Shown: positions 18,811-28,459 of the stretch, piece after piece
How the letters are laid out: the number at the start of each line of letters is the position of its first letter
How positions within the stretch are numbered: the first letter of the stretch is position 1
Assembly: GCA_042408965.1 (NCBI GenBank)
Contig: JBHOQN010000026.1
Location: 1,662 to 65,661 of the forward strand
Direction of reading: 5' to 3'
Length of the DNA: 64,000 nt
Source of the DNA: Ktedonobacteraceae bacterium
GTDB lineage: Bacteria > Chloroflexota > Ktedonobacteria > Ktedonobacterales > Ktedonobacteraceae
Notes under the pieces: generated by a model
Databases searched by the model: none
Told to the model about the DNA's origin: nothing
The model's input: the letters and a program-made list of their open reading frames with translations, nothing else
Position numbers and translations under genes: made by a program

Positions 18811-20106
18811 TTAGAAAGTCCATACTTTGAGATTGGTATAGGCCACTTCTGTCGCCTCTCCACTGGTGGTTGCGGGGATCGCCAGCAGGGCTGTCTCTCC
18901 CTGGTTGTAGGTGCGATCACTGACCTGAATGATCTGCTGACGGTTGATATAGATGCTCAGCGTGTGGTTCTGAGCGACGACCCCCAGTGTGTTTTTCTGG
19001 CCGATTCCCAGATGAAACTGCAGGCTGATGCTGTGGGCCAGCGTTTTGACGTGTGAGAGATTGTTATCGACGTAGGTGAATAGCGAGTAGATGCCATCTG
19101 TGTTGATCTGGAAGAGATAGAATTGATCCTGGTTGCGATCTCCGCGAAAGAGTACTCCTCCTGCATTGCCATGTATAATCTGCATATCAACTTCCATTGC
19201 GAAATTGCTGTAGTTAATGCCATTGCTACAGGACTCAAAGAAGCGTGGGTCCTGACTGATGACGTGGTACGAGCCAGCGCTGAAAGCACAGTGCGCTCCA
19301 GTCTCCCAGCCGATCCCGTTCTCGGGCGTGGTGAGTGACTCATAGAGTGCGAGCGTTCCGCCGGGCGGGTAGGGATCAGGGTGAGAGGCGATCGTCGTGG
19401 CGGTAGCCTGGACGCTGGCGGTGGCCGTGCTGGCAATGCTGGTAGCCTGGACGCTGGTCGCCCGCACGCGAGCGTTGATGGTGGCCGCGGTGGCCGTGCT
19501 GCTGACGGCGGTCTGCTGCGCCTGATCGCTAGCGGTGTTCTGGCTCTGGACGATGAGAAAGAGTCCAGCTCCGCCGGCCAGCAGCACTATCAGAGCCAGG
19601 CTGATCAGCAACAGCCGCCGATTTCGTTGCGCGGCCTTTGTATGTTCGTGCGTGGCGCTTCCTCTAGGCGGCGGCGGCGGTAGGGTGCTGATTGTTGGCT
19701 GATTGTACCCGAAGCCGCTGCCTGGACCAGGCGTATGAACCGTGGCGGCCTGCGGGGGGTAGGCGGGTGTCCCTGGTGGCGGTGGTAGTATCGCTGGCTG
19801 TGAGCTGGCACTCTGGCTGAGAACAGTGCGCCTGTTCTCCTCGCCTGTCGAGGGTGGGGGCGCCTCTGGCAGCACATCGATCGTCAGAATCAGGGCGCCG
19901 CGTGGCCCCCCGGCGTTTGCAGCGATGCCCTGGCCATCCAGGCGAATCACCTGGCCGCGCTGTACCCCGGCGGGGACGCTGACGGTGATCTGGCGTCCAT
20001 CGGGGAGATTCAGGGTGCGCCTGGTGCCTGTTCTGGCTTCTGTGGTGCCGATGGCCAGTGTTGCGCGAAGATCGTCAGGGTGAGGCTGCCCTGGCTGAAA
20101 AGACAT
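18811..20106 (-). CDS. Bitopic membrane protein: DnaJ/CbpA C-terminal-like domain, Pro-rich linker, TM, Ala/Thr stalk, lectin-like beta-sandwich (DUF1080/LamG-like)
   Basis: VSVPAGVQRGQVIRLDGQG...GGPRGALILTIDV; TM LLLISLALIVLLAGGAGLFLIV; QATATT repeats; NFAMEVDMQIIHGNAGGVLFR, LGVVAQNHTLSIYIN. Confidence 0.75.
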   Translation of the reverse strand: MSFQPGQPHPDDLRATLAIGTTEARTGTRRTLNLPDGRQITVSVPAGVQRGQVIRLDGQGIAANAGGPRGALILTIDVLPEAPPPSTGEENRRTVLSQSASSQPAILPPPPGTPAYPPQAATVHTPGPGSGFGYNQPTISTLPPPPPRGSATHEHTKAAQRNRRLLLISLALIVLLAGGAGLFLIVQSQNTASDQAQQTAVSSTATAATINARVRATSVQATSIASTATASVQATATTIASHPDPYPPGGTLALYESLTTPENGIGWETGAHCAFSAGSYHVISQDPRFFESCSNGINYSNFAMEVDMQIIHGNAGGVLFRGDRNQDQFYLFQINTDGIYSLFTYVDNNLSHVKTLAHSISLQFHLGIGQKNTLGVVAQNHTLSIYINRQQIIQVSDRTYNQGETALLAIPATTSGEATEVAYTNLKVWTF

Positions 20107-20267
20107 GACTCCTACCTCCTGCATACTCTATGAGTCCTGCCCACTGTTGAGGGGTGTGGGCGCCTGGATCTCTTCTCTTTCCCTGTGTAATATCTGCCTG
20201 ATTGGAACTGATCAGCGAATGATGACGCTTCAAGCGAACGCAGGTGGAGGCGTTTGCCTGTCACTGC

Positions 20268-21119
20268 TCAACTCGAGGCGCTGACGCGCTCTCCCTGCAA
20301 CAGACGCAGGCCGCCCAGCAGCAGGCAGAGGTCGGCTACTTGCAGGAAGAACAGGTTATTGAACGCACTGGTAATGCCGGGGAGTGAGAGAATCAGCACA
20401 ATGGTGGGGGCCAGCCCGAAGAGCAGCGTGGGCCCTGGATGTATCTTCCAGCAGACCGGACGCAGCCACCAGACAAGCACACAGAGCAGAAGGGTGGTGG
20501 CCGCGATGGTATCCGCGATGGTCGTCAGCGAGCGAACGTCGGGGGCTGTCAGGGTGAAGGCCACTGTGACCGTGATGATGCTGCCGATCAGTGCCAGCCC
20601 CGAGAACCAGCTATCCCAGCGAGGAGCGCGTGCAGAGGCGCTGGCGAAGCAGAGATAGCTGCCGAGCAGGGAGAGGTTTCCTGAGGCGTTCAGATAAGCG
20701 ATCACCGGGGAGGCCTGATTGAAAGGATGCAGATTGATCACCAGATTGACACCCACAAAGAAGCTCCAGAGGCAGGCGAAGACGGCTCCGAGGCGAATCC
20801 AGAAGGAGCCTGCTCTGAGCACAAGAGTGACCCAGACTGCCAGCAGAAGAAGCAGGTGCCCCAGGAGCACCCAGTTCCCGCCGTAGAGATGCGCCTGCCA
20901 GCCGCGCGTCAGCAGACACTCGGCACAGAGTCCCAGGCCAAGCGTCAGGGCAAAACACACAATGAAGCCCGGTGTCCAGATGACGACCGTCTGTGCCGAA
21001 GGCTGCTCCAGCGCCAGTGCCTCTTCCCCAGCGTTCGGCGTCGCTCGATCTGTGTCTGGCGCTGGCTGCTCTGGCTGTGCGGACTGCGCGATCTCCGGTT
21101 CGATGGCGCTCTCGGCCAT
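20268..21119 (-). CDS. Hypothetical polytopic membrane protein
   Basis: 283-aa ORF with AAGGGG RBS and about 8 hydrophobic segments. Confidence 0.75.
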   Translation of the reverse strand: MAESAIEPEIAQSAQPEQPAPDTDRATPNAGEEALALEQPSAQTVVIWTPGFIVCFALTLGLGLCAECLLTRGWQAHLYGGNWVLLGHLLLLLAVWVTLVLRAGSFWIRLGAVFACLWSFFVGVNLVINLHPFNQASPVIAYLNASGNLSLLGSYLCFASASARAPRWDSWFSGLALIGSIITVTVAFTLTAPDVRSLTTIADTIAATTLLLCVLVWWLRPVCWKIHPGPTLLFGLAPTIVLILSLPGITSAFNNLFFLQVADLCLLLGGLRLLQGERVSASS

Positions 21120-21429
21120 ACGCTGCCCCCTTTCTTCCTTGACTATTATACCCTATGGGGCTGGCAGCGGAGAGACTCAACGCCAGTGGTCCTGCCTGAG
21201 CTGAGCGCAGAAGATCCCGGCCCTGATTGCTGTTGCCAGACACCAGCGGCTCGTAGCAGCAATCAGACCGGCGACAGCCGCAGGTGATCCTCGACGGCTC
21301 AGTGGGGGAAGGGCGCCGGCGCCTCAGCACGCGGGCTGAGCTGACGCAGCGCAGCGCTGCGCCGCAAGCGTGGCCTGTCACGCAGGCCTCCACTGCGCGG
21401 CGCAGTCTGGCTGGTGATCTTGCTCGCCT

Positions 21430-22257
21430 CTACACCTGACGCCTTGGCGGCTGACGAGTCCCTTCACCCGGCTTCTCGCCGTATTGAGGCTGGTAGCTGC
21501 CCATTGGCTCGGCGCGCGTCTGCTCGGCCTGCATCTGGCGAGCACGCAACTGCTCGGTCTGCAACTGCTCGGCCGTCGCGCTTCCTCCCGCAACAACCCC
21601 CTCTCCGCGTGAGAGAAGGCGTCGCGCCGTGTCCTGGCCCCCCAGGCCAAAAGCCAGACCAAAGGCAATCGCCAGGCCGCCAGCCACGGCCGCAAAGAGA
21701 ATGTTCATCAATGCTGGCGCGATATCGAGCTGCTCAAGCGCGATCAGCGCGGCAAAGCCAAGCACCCCCCAGCGCACGAGGTTCCCCAGGAAGGCTGAGT
21801 TTCCCATGCGTGTGGTGAGGCGGCGCACCAGATCCCCGGCGAGGTTGCCGACCAGCGCCCCCACGAACAGCACCAGCACAGCCGCAAAGACGTTGGGCAG
21901 GTAGCCGACGATCATATTCAACACGTTGCTGATGGCCGCAATTCCCAGCGCATCAGCGGCCGCCACCAGGAAGATCAGAAACAGGAACCAGTAGACGATT
22001 TTTCCCAGAAGACCGGCGGCGTCCATGCGAATGCCCATGTTCTGGCTCAAACGGCTGAAGCCGGTGCGCTCTGAGAGGCGATCGAAACCGATGCGGCGCA
22101 GAATGCCGGTCACTGCCGCCTGAACTGCCCACGAAATCAGCCAGCCGACCAGCAGGATGACCAGAAAACCGATCAAGCGTGGGATGAACGCAAGAATCAA
22201 TCCTACAGCGTTGGCTAGCGCCTGCAGGATCGACTGTCCCCAGTTAAACGCAGGCAT
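21430..22257 (-). CDS. TM_helix-repeat membrane protein (CmpX / small mechanosensitive channel-like)
   Basis: FIPRLIGFLVILLVGW, YLPNVFAAVLVL and GLAFGLGG motifs; AAGGAG RBS. Confidence 0.8.
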   Translation of the reverse strand: MPAFNWGQSILQALANAVGLILAFIPRLIGFLVILLVGWLISWAVQAAVTGILRRIGFDRLSERTGFSRLSQNMGIRMDAAGLLGKIVYWFLFLIFLVAAADALGIAAISNVLNMIVGYLPNVFAAVLVLFVGALVGNLAGDLVRRLTTRMGNSAFLGNLVRWGVLGFAALIALEQLDIAPALMNILFAAVAGGLAIAFGLAFGLGGQDTARRLLSRGEGVVAGGSATAEQLQTEQLRARQMQAEQTRAEPMGSYQPQYGEKPGEGTRQPPRRQV

Positions 22258-22557
22258 GCTCAACTCCTTTCTGACTCAACTGAGCATGTACAGAAACGGA
22301 CCATCAGTCTATCAATGGGCCGCCGTTGCTACTATATATCATATAAACGGGGACGCTTATGAAAACAAGTCAGCTTTAAGATTGATCGATGAAAAATGGA
22401 GCGTTGCACTTTCCATCCGCGTGGTGCTCAGCGCTGCGGTAGCAGAGGGTGTGGTCGTGCTGCGCTCGAGGAAAAAGGACAGGTGAAGAGTGCGCCGGAG
22501 AGCGGTCTGCCGGCCACCGGCGCAGGAAAAAACAGCCCGTCCTGGCACAGGAACAGA

Positions 22558-23955
22558 TCAGTTCTCCAGGTCGACTCCCACAATTCTGGCCGCCTGCTTG
22601 CGAAGGACCTGCAGACCCTCGCTGAAGCGCACCGGGTAGGGAGCAGCCGGAGAGAGTGCGCGGTAGGCCGCTGGGAGAGCCGCCAGGTTCTGTTGTGCCA
22701 GTTCACGGATCTCCGAGAGCGGAGGCAGGCTACCGGGGATCATCTCACCGTTGCGCATGACGGGTTTGAGCAGGCGGTGGTAGCCAGTAGGGGCAGGCTC
22801 GTGGGCGAGCTGCACGACGTCCTCCGCCCACTGTGGGTGGCGGTAGATCTCCTTCTTGCCCGGCCAGGTTGATTTCTGGCCGGCGATCTTCACCTTAGGG
22901 TATTCGGTGCCATGTTCGTCGACGTACCAGACCTCTTTATAGACGGCCCCCAGTGAACCCCCAGCGATGCCGCGCTCGATCGAGCCGGCTCCACTGCCAA
23001 GGGCTGTGCCCACGCCGAATGAATCGATGGCTGCCCCTGCTTCGATCAGTTCGAGAATCTTCCATTCGTCGAGATCGCCGCTCGCCAGAATACGGACGCC
23101 TGACAGACCGGCGCGATCCAGTTGCTCGCGAATGTAGAGGCTATCTGCGACCAGGTCGCCACTGTCAATGCGCACCGCTGCCAGCGTATGGCCCAGGGTC
23201 TCCTGGGCGCGCAGCGCCACCTCGATGGCGGTGTGGATGGCGCGGCGGGGATCGTAGGTGTCGAGCAGTAAGGTATAGCGATTATAGGCCTCCGCAACGG
23301 CCGTGAAGGCCTCCTCTTCGCTGTCGAAGAGTTCGATCAGCGCATGGGGCACGGTGCCTGTCGCCGGCAGGCGGAACTCGAAAGCGGCGTTCAGCAGGGA
23401 GGTGCTCGAGCAGCCTCCAATGTAGGAGGCCCGCGCGACGGTGAGCGGCTCCTGGGCGCGGCGGAAGGCGAATTCGGCCACGCGGCGCGGGCGGCCCTGC
23501 TCAGCCGCGTAGACAATCCGCGAGGCCTTGGTGGCGATCAGTGTCGAGAGATTGATGGCCTGCATGATGCCCGCCTCCAGCAGCAGCGCCTCGCGAAAAG
23601 GTGCGGTCACACGCAGAATTGGCTCGTTAGGAAAGGCGATCGACCCCTCTGGCAGTGCCAGGATCTCTCCGGTGAAGCGCAGATTGGCCAGCTCGTCCAG
23701 AAAGGCCGCATCATAATCGCGGATGCGCGCCAGGAAGGTCAGCTCCTCCTCCGTGTAGCGAAACGATTGGACAAATTCCAGGGCAGCTTCCAGGCCTGCG
23801 ATCAGCAGATAGGCACCGCCAAAGGGAGCCGTGCGGGTGTAGAGATCAAAGGTTGCCAGTCCGTTGCGTCCTGTGCGCCAGCTCACGTAGGCAGCGTCGG
23901 GGTGATACATGTCCGTCATCAATCCTGGGTGCACACTGGGGGCGCGGCGATGCAT
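22558..23955 (-). CDS. pncB: Nicotinate phosphoribosyltransferase
   Basis: LMTDMY, IATKASRI, EFAFRRAQ, GTVPHA, LLDTYD, VRIDSGD, ASGDLDE and FGVGT motifs. Confidence 0.93.
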   Translation of the reverse strand: MHRRAPSVHPGLMTDMYHPDAAYVSWRTGRNGLATFDLYTRTAPFGGAYLLIAGLEAALEFVQSFRYTEEELTFLARIRDYDAAFLDELANLRFTGEILALPEGSIAFPNEPILRVTAPFREALLLEAGIMQAINLSTLIATKASRIVYAAEQGRPRRVAEFAFRRAQEPLTVARASYIGGCSSTSLLNAAFEFRLPATGTVPHALIELFDSEEEAFTAVAEAYNRYTLLLDTYDPRRAIHTAIEVALRAQETLGHTLAAVRIDSGDLVADSLYIREQLDRAGLSGVRILASGDLDEWKILELIEAGAAIDSFGVGTALGSGAGSIERGIAGGSLGAVYKEVWYVDEHGTEYPKVKIAGQKSTWPGKKEIYRHPQWAEDVVQLAHEPAPTGYHRLLKPVMRNGEMIPGSLPPLSEIRELAQQNLAALPAAYRALSPAAPYPVRFSEGLQVLRKQAARIVGVDLEN

Positions 23956-23971
23956 AGACAGCCCTCCTCAG

Positions 23972-23992
23972 TTAGTGTACTTTTTACGCTAT
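23972..23992. promoter_or_regulatory. NrtR-like operator (21-bp imperfect palindrome, GT-N7-AC core) upstream of pncB
   Basis: TTAGTGTACTTTTTACGCTAT, located between the promoter region and the RBS of pncB. Confidence 0.6.
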
Positions 23993-24068
23993 TAACAAAT
24001 CAGGGATATTTTACCACATAGATGCAAGGCGTGCCCTCGCCAGGATGCCGTTCCAGACCTGCCAGCGA

Positions 24069-24098
24069 TTGACACTACAACCGATCGTGTGCTACTCT
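24069..24098 (+). promoter_or_regulatory. Strong sigmaA-type promoter about 360 nt upstream of coxS
   Basis: TTGACA-18bp-TACTCT with extended -10 TG. Confidence 0.6.
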
Positions 24099-24458
24099 CT
24101 ATCATGTTACAGGGCGAGTCCCGTGCCAGCCCGGCGTGCTGTGCGAGTGCGCCTTTCTCTCGAACCTCTAGAGGTCTCCACTGTGGTAGAAGCCTTGACC
24201 CGTTCGAGGATCTGACTTGAGGACATTAAAAGTGGAAAGAAAGGAGAGCCGCGCAGAGGAAACTAGAAGGACGTAACCGCTGTGGTACCGTATCCCCCTC
24301 TTCTCTGCAGGTTTCCGCACGCTCCTGCCTGAAAGAAGGAGACTGCAGGCGTGTACCGCAGAAAAAGCTACAGCAGCACTGTTGTGCACCTTTCCCGGCC
24401 TTATATACTGAGTGCAGGGAAGTTGCCGGCGTGATTAGACCAGATGGAGGTTCTACCG

Positions 24459-24968
24459 ATGACGACGAAGCGCGAAATCACTGTGACTGTGAATGGTCAG
24501 CCGTACCGTTCAGAGGTCGAGCCGCGCATGTTGCTGGTGCATTATTTACGTGATGTCCTTGACCTTACCGGCACTCATATTGGCTGTGATACCTCGCAGT
24601 GTGGGGCCTGTACGGTGTTACTCAATGGTGAGGCCGTGAAAGCCTGTACCGTGCTGGCAGTCCAGGCCGATGGCTGTGAGGTGACCACCATCGAAGGACT
24701 GGCACCCTCTGAGGGCCAGCTCCACCCTCTTCAGGAAGGCTTCTGGGAGAAACACGGTCTGCAGTGCGGTTTCTGCACGCCGGGGATGATCATGGCCGCC
24801 TACCAGTTGCTCAAGCACAACCCCAACCCCAGCGAGGCCGAGATTCGTAAGGGCCTTGAAGGCAATATCTGCCGCTGCACGGGCTATCAAAACATCGTCA
24901 GGGCGATCCAGTACGCCGCCGAACAGATGCGTGCTGGCGCCTCTCAGCCTGTCGGCGCCGGTGAATGA
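24459..24968 (+). CDS. coxS: Molybdenum hydroxylase small [2Fe-2S] subunit (CoxS/CutS-like)
   Basis: [20 protein letters not shown] and NICRCTGY motifs. Confidence 0.93.
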   Translation: MTTKREITVTVNGQPYRSEVEPRMLLVHYLRDVLDLTGTHIGCDTSQCGACTVLLNGEAVKACTVLAVQADGCEVTTIEGLAPSEGQLHPLQEGFWEKHGLQCGFCTPGMIMAAYQLLKHNPNPSEAEIRKGLEGNICRCTGYQNIVRAIQYAAEQMRAGASQPVGAGE

Positions 24969-25044
24969 TCTCCCTCGCTGCGTCACTCTTCACTGATCCC
25001 TGATCTTCTACTGTGCTCGTGAGAAGAGAAAGGAATGGTTGACT

Positions 25045-27381
25045 ATGGGTATTGCTGCTCTGGTTGGTACGCCGATTAAGCGGCGTGAGGACCCCCGCCT
25101 GATTACCGGTCAGGCCACCTACGTTGATGATATCAAGCTCCCTGGCATGCTCTACATGGCTGTGTTGCGCAGTCCCTATGGTCATGCGCGCATTCACAGC
25201 ATCAACACAGAGGCTGCGAAGCAGGCACCGGGCGTTGTGGCGGTGTACACGGCTGAGGATCTGAAGGGGGTCGTCGGACATATCCCGGTGGCTGCGCCCC
25301 TCCCGCCTCACATTACGAATGGCATGGGCCGGCGTGGTCCGCTGGCTGAAGGTAAGGTGCGTTTCTATGGCGACCCACTGGCGGTGGTGATCGCCGATGG
25401 CCGCTATGCCGCGCGCGATGCGCTCGATCTGATCGACGTTGACTACGAGCCTCTACCGGCTGTTGTCGATGCTGAGAAGGCTGCTCAGCCCGATGCTCCG
25501 CTGCTCTATGAGGAGTTTGGTACGAACGTCGCGCTCTCCATGCGTCCTCCTACCGATGAGATCGACAGGGTCTTCGAGGAGACCAGGGCCAGCGGTGGCA
25601 TTGTGGTCAAGCAGCGCATGGTTAATCACCGCCTGGCGCCCTCGCCGATGGAGACGCGCGGGGTGGTGGCCGAGTTCCGCAAGGCCGATCGCCAGTTGAC
25701 CGTCTGGAGTTCCTCGCAGATCCCTCATCTGCTGCGCAACTATCTCGCCGAGCAATTGGGACTCCCTCTGCATCAGGTGCGTGTGGTGGTCCCCGAAGTA
25801 GGTGGTGGCTTCGGTTGCAAGCTCAATATCTACCCTGAGGAGGCCCTGGCCGCCTTTGCGGCCATGAAGACCGGTCGCCCGGTCAAATGGATCGAGGATC
25901 GCAGTGAGAACCTGGCGGTGACCATCCATGGCCGTGATCAGGTTGACTATGTGGAAGTGGCGGCCACTCGTGAAGGGAAGATCACCGGCCTGAAGGTACA
26001 CGTCGTCTCCGATCTGGGCGCCTATCTGCAATTCTTCACTGACGTCATCGCCATCGCCTTTACGCTGCCGATGATCTGCGGCTGCTACGACATTCCTGCG
26101 GCCTATGGGAGCTGCGATATTGTCTTTACCAACAAGGCTCCCACTGATGCCTATCGCGGCGCCGGTCGCCCCGAGGCTGCCTACCTGGTGGAGCGGGCGG
26201 TTGATCTGGTGGCCCACGAGCTGGGCAAGGACCCTGCTGAGGTGCGCCTGCTCAATTTTGTCAAGCCGGAGCAGTTCCCGCACAAGATGCCCACGGGGGC
26301 GGTCTATGACAGCGGCAACTATCACGCGGCGCTGGAGAAGGCGCTGCAGCTCGCCGATTATAAGAATCTCCGTGCTGAGCAGGAGCGTAAGCGAGCGCAG
26401 GGCAAGCTGATGGGCATTGGCATCTCCTCCTACGTAGAGATCTGCGGCATTGGTCCCAAGGGAACCACCCCCTTCGGCCTCTACGAGAGTGCCCGTGTGC
26501 GCGTGGACCAGAGTGGCGATGTGCTGATCTATACAGGCTCCTCGCCGCATGGCCAGGGTGAAGAAACCACGTTTGCCCAGATCGCCGCCGAGGAGTTTGG
26601 CATCCCGGTCGATCGCGTCCTGGTGCTCCATGGCGATACTGACTCGACCCCTGAGGGACGTGGCACCTATGGCAGCCGTACCACGGCGGTCGGTGGCAGC
26701 GCCGTCTACAATGCTGTCCAGAAGCTCAAGGAGAAGATGAAGCAGATCGCGGCCCATATGCTGGAGGCCAGCGCCGAGGATGTGACCCTCGAGGATGGCA
26801 AGTTCCTCGTTGCCGGAGCCCCGCAGAAAGCTGTCACGTTCGCCGAGGTGGCGACGGCGGCCAATCTCTCGAACACACTGCCGCCTGGCATTGAGCCGGG
26901 ACTGGAAACAACGGTCTTCTTCGAGCCGGAAGCCTGTACCTTCCCCTTCGGCACGCATATCTGCGTCGTCGAGATCGACAAAGATACTGGCGAGGTGCAC
27001 ATTGTGCGCTATGTCGCCGTTGACGATTGTGGACGTCAGCTCAACCCCCTGCTCGTGGCGGGTCAGGTCCACGGTGGCATTGTCCAGGGCGTCGGTCAGG
27101 CTCTTATGGAGGGGATCGTCTACGACGAAAGTGGTCAATTGCTCACCTCCTCGTTCATGGACTATGCCATGCCGCTGGCCTCGGAGCTGCCCTCGTTCGA
27201 GCTGGATCATACGGTGACTCTGACGCCCGTCAATCCGCTGGGAGTGAAGGGCGTTGGCGAGGCTGGCACGATTGCGGCCACTCCGGCGGTCGCCAGCGCT
27301 GTGGCTGATGCGCTGGGGGTGGCGCACATCGATATTCCCTTTACGCCGGAGCGGATCTACCAGGCCATCCACCAGGCATGA
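25045..27381 (+). CDS. coxL: Molybdenum hydroxylase large subunit, form II CoxL-like (xanthine dehydrogenase family)
   Basis: RREDPRLITG, GGGFG, AYRGAGRPEA, QVHGGIVQGVGQAL and GVKGVGE motifs; loop is the form II type, not AYRCSFR. Confidence 0.9.
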   Translation: MGIAALVGTPIKRREDPRLITGQATYVDDIKLPGMLYMAVLRSPYGHARIHSINTEAAKQAPGVVAVYTAEDLKGVVGHIPVAAPLPPHITNGMGRRGPLAEGKVRFYGDPLAVVIADGRYAARDALDLIDVDYEPLPAVVDAEKAAQPDAPLLYEEFGTNVALSMRPPTDEIDRVFEETRASGGIVVKQRMVNHRLAPSPMETRGVVAEFRKADRQLTVWSSSQIPHLLRNYLAEQLGLPLHQVRVVVPEVGGGFGCKLNIYPEEALAAFAAMKTGRPVKWIEDRSENLAVTIHGRDQVDYVEVAATREGKITGLKVHVVSDLGAYLQFFTDVIAIAFTLPMICGCYDIPAAYGSCDIVFTNKAPTDAYRGAGRPEAAYLVERAVDLVAHELGKDPAEVRLLNFVKPEQFPHKMPTGAVYDSGNYHAALEKALQLADYKNLRAEQERKRAQGKLMGIGISSYVEICGIGPKGTTPFGLYESARVRVDQSGDVLIYTGSSPHGQGEETTFAQIAAEEFGIPVDRVLVLHGDTDSTPEGRGTYGSRTTAVGGSAVYNAVQKLKEKMKQIAAHMLEASAEDVTLEDGKFLVAGAPQKAVTFAEVATAANLSNTLPPGIEPGLETTVFFEPEACTFPFGTHICVVEIDKDTGEVHIVRYVAVDDCGRQLNPLLVAGQVHGGIVQGVGQALMEGIVYDESGQLLTSSFMDYAMPLASELPSFELDHTVTLTPVNPLGVKGVGEAGTIAATPAVASAVADALGVAHIDIPFTPERIYQAIHQA

Positions 27382-27481
27382 GTGGAGAACGGATCGGGTG
27401 AGCGCTGTTCCAGGGCGCTCGCCCTGATCTCGCGCATGCCCTCACGCTCTGTCAAGCACACGAAGAGGAGGATTCGTTTCT

Positions 27482-28351
27482 ATGATCCCAGCAGCATTCG
27501 AGTACCATCCCGCCACCTCTGTGGATGAAGCGATTGCGCTGCTCTCGCAGTACGGCGACGACGCCAAGCTCCTGGCGGGTGGCCATAGCCTTATTCCGAC
27601 GATGAAGCTGCGTCTGGCGCAACCGGCGCACTTGATTGATATTGGCAGAATCTCTGGCCTCGCCTATATCCGCGAAGAGAACGGGGCGATTGCGCTCGGT
27701 GCCCTGACGACCTATGTGACTATCGAGCGCTCGGATCTGCTGCGGCGCCACTTCGCGCTGCTTCCTGAGTGCGCCGCTCTGATCGGCGATCCTCAGGTGC
27801 GCAACCGCGGCACGATTGGTGGGAGCATCTCGCATGCCGATCCCTCCGCCGATATGCCAGGGGTGGTGCGGGCGCTCAGGGCGGAGATCCGTGTGCGCGG
27901 GCCCAACGGCGAGCGCACGCTGAACGCTGACGATTTCTTCCTGGGCACCTTTACGACGGCGCTGGAGCCTGGCGAGATCGTCACTGAGATTCGCCTGCCC
28001 CTGCCGCCGGCCCGCACGGGAAGTGCCTACACCAAGCTGGCAAACAAAGCCTCTCACTATGCTGTGGCCGGTTGTGCGGCGCTGATCTCGCTCGGCGGCG
28101 ACGGCACCTGCGAAGCGGCCAGCGTGGTCATCACCGGGGCAGCCACCATGCCGACGCGCGCCTCGGCCGTCGAGGCGGCTCTGCAGGGCAGACAGCTCAG
28201 CGAGTCGGTGGTCGCGGAGGCGGCCGCCCGGGCCGCTGATGGATTGGAGCTGATGGAGGATATCCACGGCTCGAAAGCTTATCGCGCCCAGATGGCTGGT
28301 GTCATGGCCCGCCGCGCCATTCTCAGAGCCCTGGAGCGCGCACAGGGCTAG
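27482..28351 (+). CDS. coxM: Molybdenum hydroxylase FAD subunit (CoxM/CutM-like)
   Basis: LAGGHSLIP, QVRNRGTIGGSISHADP motifs. Confidence 0.93.
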   Translation: MIPAAFEYHPATSVDEAIALLSQYGDDAKLLAGGHSLIPTMKLRLAQPAHLIDIGRISGLAYIREENGAIALGALTTYVTIERSDLLRRHFALLPECAALIGDPQVRNRGTIGGSISHADPSADMPGVVRALRAEIRVRGPNGERTLNADDFFLGTFTTALEPGEIVTEIRLPLPPARTGSAYTKLANKASHYAVAGCAALISLGGDGTCEAASVVITGAATMPTRASAVEAALQGRQLSESVVAEAAARAADGLELMEDIHGSKAYRAQMAGVMARRAILRALERAQG

Positions 28352-28459
28352 CCTGTTACGTCAGAGCTGGAGCGGGGAGTGGCTTCACTCGGCGCGGCTG
28401 CGTCGGGGCCGAGGGTGCTGCCCGCTCTGGCGTTGCACGGGGATCTTTTGCGGCTGACT

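Noticed and set aside
19381-19520. Repeated GGTAGCCTGGACGCTGG units
   Set aside because: Coding repeats of the Ala/Thr stalk (SVQAT); no spacers, so not a CRISPR array
24160-24250. Moco riboswitch upstream of coxS
   Set aside because: GGAAAG...AGGAG is present, but the GCCUCCCGU element is missing and no start codon follows; kept only as a generic ncRNA candidate
25453-27372. 639-aa minus-strand ORF (also 796-1737, 11806-12726, 17466-18830, 45628-47496, 48304-49422, 57626-58918)
   Set aside because: Antisense shadows of well-supported genes, expected from GC3 bias; no motifs
25045-27381. Calling this a true aerobic CO dehydrogenase (form I)
   Set aside because: The active-site loop is AYRGAGR, not AYxCSFR, and the order is S-L-M
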